Position numbers and translations under genes: made by a program
Virus record (IMG/VR): IMGVR_UViG_3300009788_000235
Location: 1 to 32,067 of that record
Length of the DNA: 32,067 bases
Direction: 5' to 3' (one strand)
Origin: a virus
Taxonomy: Duplodnaviria > Caudoviricetes
The notes under the pieces: model-generated
The model's input: the letters and a program-made list of their open reading frames with translations, nothing else
What the model was told of the DNA's origin: nothing
Databases searched by the model: none
In this document: positions 24,935 through 32,067 of the stretch, one piece after another
Layout: each line of letters opens with the position of its first letter
Numbering within the stretch: position 1 is the stretch's first letter

Positions 24935-25882
24935 ATGGCAAATGGTGGATTCGTAAATATACCGTTCGATCCCAACACGGACGCGCTGAGCATTGCGGGC
25001 AGAGCACTCGCTCCCGCGGCTCACGCATTCGGTCAGGGTCTGTTCCAACCATTAGAGCAAAGGGACCAGAACGACGACGTCGCTGCGATCAAGCAATGGG
25101 TGGATGGCGGCATGGAGGGGGCCCCGCCGTCAGCCCGTACTCCGTTCGGCCAGGAACTTACGGGGACGTTGGTGCTCAGGCAGGCAAACGAAGAAATAGC
25201 CGACCCCGCCGGTAAGACGTTGCGGCTGGAGCGGCGGAGGTTGACCCGTGAAAGTCAATTGCGAAAGGCCCAGACGTTAGAATCAGGGGCCCGCGCGGCG
25301 GCGATCACTGAGCCGGGGGTGGGAAAGGGCTTTACAGCGGGTGAACGATCTTTGTTCGGCGGCGATATCGTCAGTCGCATAGATAATGTGAAAACTGAGT
25401 TTTCGCCAGGCATAAAAGGTCGCAAGCAATCAAAGTTCATCGAGGAGTGGAAAGCCTTACAAGAGGATCCGACCGTCGGTTGGGAAAACCTCAGCCGGCC
25501 GCAACGGATACAACTATGGCAGATGTGGAACTCGGCACTTGTCGGACGATCAAAAGAAGATAGTGAAATCCAATGGGACCCGACGAGTAGTGAAGTTCAA
25601 AAACTCAAAAAGGAAATGTTCGGAACCGCCAAGATAGACGACGTGGAAGATCCGAGCGTCAGGCGGCCACTTGGCGAGGAATTGAGCAAAACACTACCGG
25701 AAGGGATAACATTTCAAGAACTGGCGGAGCTCGCACAGGGTCTGGACGGGGCCAGTCAAAACGAACTCCTCGAGATACAGCGTCGATTCTTCGATGCGCA
25801 GAAATCCGGCGACGCGCAGGCAATCGCAAACGCACGTTCGGACTATCAGCAGGCAATCGCAATACTGAGAGGGCGTCGATAA
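24935..25882 (+). CDS. Probable DNA ejection protein 2, 315 aa
   Basis: AGGAG RBS; helical; lies between ejection protein 1 and the giant protein; TAATG overlap. Confidence 0.65.
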   Translation: MANGGFVNIPFDPNTDALSIAGRALAPAAHAFGQGLFQPLEQRDQNDDVAAIKQWVDGGMEGAPPSARTPFGQELTGTLVLRQANEEIADPAGKTLRLERRRLTRESQLRKAQTLESGARAAAITEPGVGKGFTAGERSLFGGDIVSRIDNVKTEFSPGIKGRKQSKFIEEWKALQEDPTVGWENLSRPQRIQLWQMWNSALVGRSKEDSEIQWDPTSSEVQKLKKEMFGTAKIDDVEDPSVRRPLGEELSKTLPEGITFQELAELAQGLDGASQNELLEIQRRFFDAQKSGDAQAIANARSDYQQAIAILRGRR

Positions 25883-28800
25883 TGGGGCTGTTCTCAGGCA
25901 TAGTAGAGGTAAAGAACGCCCCGATCACGGAACCCACCCTTCGGCCGGGGCGGGCGCCGGGGATTGCTATTACACCCGGGCAGACGGCGGCGCCGAGCGA
26001 CTCGCTACTGGCGCGAACGGCAACGGGAATTCCAACTCAACCGCAACCGGCCCCGCCGGGCATGTTCGCCGAGATTCTGGAGAAACGGACAGGGACCGAA
26101 AGCGGCCGCGGATTCTGGCGTGCACTTGCCGAAGATCCGGAAACGAAGATTCCTTTCCTCGGCGGCGTTATTCAAGGCGGGCGATTCGCGGGAGTGATAC
26201 AATCGTCTCGGAGATTGAGCAGGAACGATCCGGAAGAATATTTCAGAAGCGCCGCAATCAACGCTCAGGCGGCTGCGCTAACAGCAGGGCCGGGGCAACC
26301 GCAGAATATCCAAGAGCAGGCAGACGCTTTGAGAACAAAAGACCTGCAACAGGTGGAAAACTACCTAGAGCAGGTCAATCGCCAATACACAACCGCCGGG
26401 CAGGTTGGTCGGATCGTCGGCGATATGCCGGCGTTCATGATTGAATTTCTCGCAACGGGCGGGTTGAAGAAGCTCGGCGAGGGTACTGCCAAGCAAATCG
26501 GTAAGAGACTTCTGAAAGACCGGGCTACGTCATTGGCGGGAAGAGCGGCTATCGGAACGACGGCTTTCCTCAGCGGGGCGGCTTTGAGATCGGCAGGTTT
26601 GCCTCAAAGGGGTGTTGAGTCGGTCCTGAAACGGCAGTTGCCCAAAGGCATAACATACGGTCCGGAAGGCGAGATCAGTATCCAGGGACCGGGAGAGGAA
26701 CCGTGGACGTCTGTGGTTAAGGGTCTCGGCGATCATTATATCGAGATTCTCAGCGAGCAATCGGGAGAGGGATTGCAGGCGGCAGCACCATTTCTGGGTA
26801 AGGCGCTGCAGAAAACACCGTTTCTGGGCAAGTTACTACCGAAGATTCAGAAGAAGTGGCTTGCACTGCCGGCGAATAAAGTCAAAACCGCAGCGGACTT
26901 CAGTACGGAAATAGGCACAGCGACCGGCTTTAACGGCGTTTTGGGTGAGATCGGTGAAGAATTCCTGGGCGATGGACTCAGGGCGGTATTCGATATAGAC
27001 GACTTCGGCGCCGGCAAAGACGCCGGGCCGCTGGAAAGACTCAACGCCGCAATCGAAAGGGATATTGAGAACCTCCCAGTAATGGCGGCGGCTTTTGCAG
27101 TGCCGGGAGTTGTCAGGTTCGGGGCGGCCAGGGCTCTTGGTGCGGCCGAACCTCAGCGGGACTTCAGGCGAGAGGCAGACGCGGCGGCGGCCGTTGGCGG
27201 CGCCGAAGCCGTGCAGGCGTTTAACCGAGCCGGCGGAGCGGCTGGTATGTCGCTGGAACAACTCGAAGCACAGGTGAAATTTCTCAGAGACACGCTCGGA
27301 GAGGCCCCCGCAGGTCAAAAAAAAAGTGAGATCATCGCCCAGATAACGGAACTGGAAGATATCCTCGGCCAGAGAAAGTCAATAGATCTCGTAGAAAAAT
27401 CACAAGCGGCCATCGAAGCGGGCGCCGGTACGAAGTTCGTCAGTAGGCGATCAGATCTCTTGCGAGCGGCGGTAAAGTCGTTCAAGGAGGGTAAACAGAC
27501 CGCAGAGGTGGTCCAGGACCGGTTGGATAGACTGAACGAAGGACTGGAAGAGGCGGGGATCCAGCGGCCCGACCAGATCACAGCGGAAGAAGTCAGACCG
27601 GCCTTGCAAGAGCAGTTCAGAGCCGACGTTGCCGCCGGCGAGGCCGAAGCGGATAGAGCCGACGTTGCCGCGGACGCCGAAGAGGCACAACTTAACCAGC
27701 AACTGGACGATATGACGGAGGCGTTGCGAGATGAACGGACTGAGGAACGCATTGCGACCGAGGCGGTGAGGGAAACCGCTGAACAACAAGTGTTTGAAGG
27801 TGAGAAGGGTGCGAAGGTTGAAGAAGAAGCCTTGGAGGCCCGCGATGAGTTTGAGCTTTACACGCAGAATATCCCCGAGGCGTCTGAGAAAGAGATCGTG
27901 CAGGCCATGCTCGAGGATGGCGCCGAGCCACCCGTCGCCCTGGTTGAGAAGTACACCGACCTGCCCGGGGCCGAGGCTTTCCTGGAGCAGAAACGCATCG
28001 ATCAGTTTGTCCCGGAACCGCCGGTAGAACAACCAGTCACCGAACCCGACATTCCCGGTCAGCAGGTGATACCGGAGGGGGAAGAAAAGCCGCCAGAGGA
28101 AATGACAGAGGAAGAGTTCGTCAGAGAGAGGCCCACAATCCTGATGCGACGAATAATCGCACAGCAACAGGCTGAGTTGACGAAATTGCAGGCGAGACTT
28201 GATAAGGTACAGGGTCGCAAAAAGGGCAATGCTGAAAAACGGCGTGGTATACAATCGCAAATTGACAGGTCAAAAGAACGTATTAAGCTTGCGAGAGCGG
28301 CGAACAGCCCAGAAACCTACGCGAAGGCATGGGACCGCAACTTCTCAGCTTCAACAATAACAGTGGAAGGCAAGCCGAGTCCGAATTTGTTCAAGTTCCA
28401 GCCGGAATTTCTTGCATCAGAACACAGAGAACTCCTAAGCCAACCCCGCGGCGTTGCAGAATCTGCTAAATCCACTGTTCAAAAGATGATCGAGGCGGAG
28501 GTCGCCGAGGAATTGGGACTGACCGAGGGTACGCCGGCGGCTACTACCCAGGAGCGGACTGAGGAAGAGTTGACGGGGCTTTCGAAGTCGCGGCGGGCTC
28601 GGATTAAGGGTCAGACTGCAACGAATATCCTTCAAAGTGAAATCTACCAAACCGCGTTGGAAGGCCAGGACGTTACCGAGCGTGAAATCGACGTTGGTTT
28701 CTACTTTGTGGAAAAGTCGGGTCAAGGTGAAATCGACCAGGTGATTCAATCCGTTCCCAAGGGCAGGATCAGGACGGCTTTGAAGAAGATGTTTACATTC

Positions 28801-31800
28801 GACCGTTCAGACCTTGTGAAAAACGGCGGTCAAGCCATCAGTTGGGACGTAGCCGTTCAGGCGGGATTCGAAAGGACTCAGGGCACGGAGGGGCATCTGG
28901 ACCTCACAGAGTTCGCAGAGCGTGTGAAACAGGCGTTGGAGGGCAAGAAGCCGGAGCCGGGTAGCAGACGTCTGAATAGCCGGGCGATGGACACAGCAGC
29001 GGAGCAGGGCGAACCGTTCGTCGAAATGATGGTGAATAAGTTCAGAATGCTCCACAACGGCTCGACCAAGGAAGAAATCAACGATATGATCCTTGACGTC
29101 GGTGATCGATTCAATATCAAGCGATCCGGGCTTATCGACGATATGATCGACGGGGATCAGATAGTACGCTTGCAGAGCCTCACAGACGCCGAGTCAGACG
29201 AAGAGATCGACAGGCTGGCCGAGCAGCAGGTGGAAGCCGAGGACGTCAGCGACGCAGAGGGGGCGGCTAAGGCGGTACTGGAAGCCAACGGCATCGACGT
29301 TCACATCGAGCAGGTCGAGATCATCGACGAAGCGACCCTGGCCGATCACCTGCCGGAAAAACCGGACGACGACGTTCCATTCGAAGTCAGGGGAAAACCC
29401 ACCGGCGCTGCACTGACAACGAGCGATCGACAGATAATCCTCCTGGCAAACGGCGCGGACTCTCAGACGGGCTACCACGAGGGCTACCACGTCATCAGAC
29501 CGAGACTGACGGCGAGGGACCACGACATTCTAGCTCGTAATTTCGCAAACGAAGAGGCTGAAGCGGCGGCATTCGGTGAGTACGCCCAGGACAAAGCCAC
29601 GCAAAAGGGCCAGATTAAGTTCATCTTCGAGAAGCTGATGAGGTTCTTGAGGCAGATCAAATCCGCCTTGACAGGAGCGGGATTCAGGACACACGAGCAG
29701 ATATTCTTTGAAATAGCAGAGGGGACTGCCACGGTTGCAGACGCCAAAGCTGCCAAGGTCCAGTTCGAAAGAAAGCCCGGCGACATTCAGCGGGAGGCTG
29801 AGAAGAGGGCCCGGGTAAAGGCCAAGGCTGCTCGCCTGAAGGCGGCCAGGAAGCCGAAGGTATCCAAGGCTCGGCTCAGGATCAAGCTGAAAGATACGAC
29901 TCCATTCCTTAGACCGGATCTCAGACCGTTACCGGAGGAGGAACTTGTCAGGCCGGCGGTTCCGGAGACTAAGGGCGCGGCAAAGCGGTTCAGTGAAGAG
30001 GCGAAGCTGGAATTCAGGACTCGGGAGAAAACATCGCTCAGGGAGGCACTCAGCCGCAAGGCGCAAGAGTACCTTCTCGGATTCGATAGACGGGTAGAGG
30101 CGATGAGCGCCCGGCTGGAAAAGATCCACCCGCTACTGATGAGCAAGGTCAGAAGGTATGTTTTCGACGTCGATACCAGAACGACCCAACTGCTCGAGCA
30201 GACGGCGCCGTTCATTAAAGGCATAAAAAAGATCAAAGGCGACGACGCCCGCGACTTGAAATATGCTTTGAACAATAACTGGCGAGCGGAAACCGAGAGG
30301 CTTGTAGAAAAATACAACCTTCAGGAAGAATATCAGGCACTCAGAGACGTTCTGGACGCCATTCACGAAGCGGGTAACGAAGTCGGATTGGAGATTCTGT
30401 ACCGGGGTGACCACTTCCCCCGCCGAGTCAAAGACTTGAAAGGGCTATTGCGGTTCCTCGATACATCGGATAAGCATTCGGCATTCTCAGATGCCATCCG
30501 CAAGCGTCAGGAGCAGGCGGGCGGGCGGCCACTCAGCGATAATGAAGTGACGCAAGTCGTCAATACTCTACTCCGCGGCTTTAGAGTTGGGGGAGTGAGT
30601 CTGTCGCGGCCGGGTGTCGTTAAGGATAGATCGATCGAGGAATTCGATCGGAGCATTGAGAACTTCTACTTCGAACTCGACGAGTCGTTGGAAATGTACA
30701 TCCAGGACATGATCCAGTCGATCACGACGCGAGAATTCTTCGGGAAGCAGACTTCCGAAATTGCAAAGCTCCGAGCCCAGGAGAGTCGGTTGCGGACCAG
30801 ACTGCACAAAACCCAGGCCAGGACGGGAATCACCAAGCCGGTCACGCTGGAAAAGCATAAGAGCACCCTGGCGAGGGCGGCGGAAAAACTCCGCGAGATC
30901 CACGAAGAGCTCGAGAAGCACAAGAACCAGAAACTGGAAGACTCGATAGGATACTTCGCACTGCAACTCGACCTGGACTTCGAGGACCAGGCCCAGGTAT
31001 TCGATATGCTCAAAGCCATTATGGAACCGAGAGGGTTGAACGGAGCGACTCGGGACTATGTGAAGCTGGCTTACGTCGACGTCCTGGCGAATATTCCCGT
31101 TGCCCTGACCCAGTTGGAAGAACTGGGGCTCAGTGTCTATAGGGACAATCTGAACGCAATCCCCGCGGCCCATAAGGCGCTGCTGAAAAACAACGGACTG
31201 AACCTGGAAGATATAGGTATAAGTGACATTAACCAGTACATGCGAGACTTGGGCCTGCAGGGGATTATGGATAAGGCAATGTTCGCAATGAGGGCGGTGG
31301 ATACATTCGGTAAGCAGACGCTGCTCAATACCGAACTCGCCCGATCGGTCCGACTGGCGAAGAACAGCCCGAACAACGCGAAGTTCGTCTCGGAAATGAG
31401 GAGGGTCTTCGGCGACGATGCCAGAGACGTTATTAACGACCTGACCGCCGAGCGCATGACGGATAATGTGAAGTTCCTAATGTTCTCGAAGATACTCGAC
31501 CTGCAGCCGTCGGCGATTACAGAAACGCCGGAATATTACGCCGCCGGCGGCAACTGGCGCATCCTCTACATGCTGAGACAGTTCACGTTGAAGCGCATGA
31601 GCGTACTTAGGGACAAAGCAACAAAGACAATGACCGGCACGCCGTCGGAGAGACTAGAGGCAATGGCCGACCTGGCGAAAATGCTGGCGATACTAACGGC
31701 TTTCGGAGTCGGAAAAGACTTCATAAAGGACTGGTATCTGGGTAAAGACTTCGATCTGGCAGATAGTGTGCTCGATAACATGCTGCAATATCTTTTCCTA

Positions 31801-32037
31801 TCGAGGTGGCGGCTGCAGTCGCTCGACCGCAGGAGGATCGGCGCTGTTGTCGGAGAGGAATTCGGGCCGCCGTTCAAAGCGATCGAGGGGGTATGGAGCG
31901 ACGTTAAGAAAGGCGAGATCAACCGTAGCGTCCGCAGTATTCCAATCATCGGCGAGGAATATTACTGGTGGTTCGGCGGGGGGAGTAGAAAAGGCGAGAG
32001 GAATGAATTCCTGGATATTTACGATCCGTTTAATTAA
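25882..32037 (+). CDS. Giant ejection / large polyvalent-type internal virion protein, 2051 aa, with a zincin-like metallopeptidase motif
   Basis: Last and largest gene of the ejection trio; helical N- and C-terminal regions; acidic linker; GYHEGYH (29470-29490) followed by NEEAEAAAF. Confidence 0.8.
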   Translation: MGLFSGIVEVKNAPITEPTLRPGRAPGIAITPGQTAAPSDSLLARTATGIPTQPQPAPPGMFAEILEKRTGTESGRGFWRALAEDPETKIPFLGGVIQGGRFAGVIQSSRRLSRNDPEEYFRSAAINAQAAALTAGPGQPQNIQEQADALRTKDLQQVENYLEQVNRQYTTAGQVGRIVGDMPAFMIEFLATGGLKKLGEGTAKQIGKRLLKDRATSLAGRAAIGTTAFLSGAALRSAGLPQRGVESVLKRQLPKGITYGPEGEISIQGPGEEPWTSVVKGLGDHYIEILSEQSGEGLQAAAPFLGKALQKTPFLGKLLPKIQKKWLALPANKVKTAADFSTEIGTATGFNGVLGEIGEEFLGDGLRAVFDIDDFGAGKDAGPLERLNAAIERDIENLPVMAAAFAVPGVVRFGAARALGAAEPQRDFRREADAAAAVGGAEAVQAFNRAGGAAGMSLEQLEAQVKFLRDTLGEAPAGQKKSEIIAQITELEDILGQRKSIDLVEKSQAAIEAGAGTKFVSRRSDLLRAAVKSFKEGKQTAEVVQDRLDRLNEGLEEAGIQRPDQITAEEVRPALQEQFRADVAAGEAEADRADVAADAEEAQLNQQLDDMTEALRDERTEERIATEAVRETAEQQVFEGEKGAKVEEEALEARDEFELYTQNIPEASEKEIVQAMLEDGAEPPVALVEKYTDLPGAEAFLEQKRIDQFVPEPPVEQPVTEPDIPGQQVIPEGEEKPPEEMTEEEFVRERPTILMRRIIAQQQAELTKLQARLDKVQGRKKGNAEKRRGIQSQIDRSKERIKLARAANSPETYAKAWDRNFSASTITVEGKPSPNLFKFQPEFLASEHRELLSQPRGVAESAKSTVQKMIEAEVAEELGLTEGTPAATTQERTEEELTGLSKSRRARIKGQTATNILQSEIYQTALEGQDVTEREIDVGFYFVEKSGQGEIDQVIQSVPKGRIRTALKKMFTFDRSDLVKNGGQAISWDVAVQAGFERTQGTEGHLDLTEFAERVKQALEGKKPEPGSRRLNSRAMDTAAEQGEPFVEMMVNKFRMLHNGSTKEEINDMILDVGDRFNIKRSGLIDDMIDGDQIVRLQSLTDAESDEEIDRLAEQQVEAEDVSDAEGAAKAVLEANGIDVHIEQVEIIDEATLADHLPEKPDDDVPFEVRGKPTGAALTTSDRQIILLANGADSQTGYHEGYHVIRPRLTARDHDILARNFANEEAEAAAFGEYAQDKATQKGQIKFIFEKLMRFLRQIKSALTGAGFRTHEQIFFEIAEGTATVADAKAAKVQFERKPGDIQREAEKRARVKAKAARLKAARKPKVSKARLRIKLKDTTPFLRPDLRPLPEEELVRPAVPETKGAAKRFSEEAKLEFRTREKTSLREALSRKAQEYLLGFDRRVEAMSARLEKIHPLLMSKVRRYVFDVDTRTTQLLEQTAPFIKGIKKIKGDDARDLKYALNNNWRAETERLVEKYNLQEEYQALRDVLDAIHEAGNEVGLEILYRGDHFPRRVKDLKGLLRFLDTSDKHSAFSDAIRKRQEQAGGRPLSDNEVTQVVNTLLRGFRVGGVSLSRPGVVKDRSIEEFDRSIENFYFELDESLEMYIQDMIQSITTREFFGKQTSEIAKLRAQESRLRTRLHKTQARTGITKPVTLEKHKSTLARAAEKLREIHEELEKHKNQKLEDSIGYFALQLDLDFEDQAQVFDMLKAIMEPRGLNGATRDYVKLAYVDVLANIPVALTQLEELGLSVYRDNLNAIPAAHKALLKNNGLNLEDIGISDINQYMRDLGLQGIMDKAMFAMRAVDTFGKQTLLNTELARSVRLAKNSPNNAKFVSEMRRVFGDDARDVINDLTAERMTDNVKFLMFSKILDLQPSAITETPEYYAAGGNWRILYMLRQFTLKRMSVLRDKATKTMTGTPSERLEAMADLAKMLAILTAFGVGKDFIKDWYLGKDFDLADSVLDNMLQYLFLSRWRLQSLDRRRIGAVVGEEFGPPFKAIEGVWSDVKKGEINRSVRSIPIIGEEYYWWFGGGSRKGERNEFLDIYDPFN
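27791..27823 (+). repeat. 9-nt repeat cluster 7, inside the giant ORF (TGTTTGAA GGTGAGAAG GGTGCGAAG GTTGAAG)
   Basis: Same units as the intergenic clusters; encodes VFEGEKGAKVE. Confidence 0.7.
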
Positions 32038-32067
32038 CTGCGAACAGTGCGAAAGGTGAGAAGGGTA
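32035..32067 (+). repeat. 9-nt repeat cluster 8 (TAACTGCGAAC AGTGCGAAA GGTGAGAAG GGTA), running off the window end
   Basis: Starts on the stop codon of the giant ORF; 19 nt identical to 2143-2161. Confidence 0.88.

Noticed and set aside
27619-27671. 17-nt direct repeat AGAGCCGACGTTGCCGC (RADVAA twice)
   Set aside because: Ordinary local duplication in a low-complexity linker
1-32067. Genome-wide TAG reassignment (alternative genetic code)
   Set aside because: Several genes end at TAG directly followed by the RBS/start of the next gene; long ORFs are intact under the standard code; only one internal TAG was found
1-32067. Circular contig or terminal repeat (GGGTA at both ends)
   Set aside because: Only 5 nt match, and the window lacks replication genes, so it is a partial genome
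1-32067. Host assignment
   Set aside because: The lipoprotein and signal peptides are compatible with a diderm host, but nothing in the window identifies the taxon

Overview
The window is a continuous, all-plus-strand virion morphogenesis module of a tailed dsDNA phage or prophage with podovirus-like organisation. Gene order: terminase large subunit (675-2126), a chain of tiny coupled ORFs, P22-like portal (3656-5632), scaffold, N4-gp56-type major capsid protein (7168-8136), decoration/spike proteins, head-tail adaptor, short fibre plus chaperone, tail nozzle, fibre/beta-helix appendages, a shrunken PurD-like ATP-grasp protein, a GNAT protein and three probable DNA-ejection proteins, the last being 2051 aa with an HExxH motif. 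No rRNA, tRNA, CRISPR array, integrase or replication gene was seen. Four features stand out. (1) Seven proteins of the appendage region carry Sec or lipoprotein signal peptides while the core head/tail proteins do not, suggesting an exported or extracytoplasmically assembled appendage set. (2) A strand-specific 9-nt repeat family (RGTKHGAAR-like) sits at gene junctions across the whole window and has invaded two ORFs, with separate 7-nt repeat tracts at other junctions. (3) A single in-frame TAG splits an otherwise continuous ~897-codon tail fibre. (4) A degenerate PurD-like/GNAT pair lies directly before a Gly-leader ejection protein. All functional calls come from by-eye motif recognition and synteny; no database search was run.
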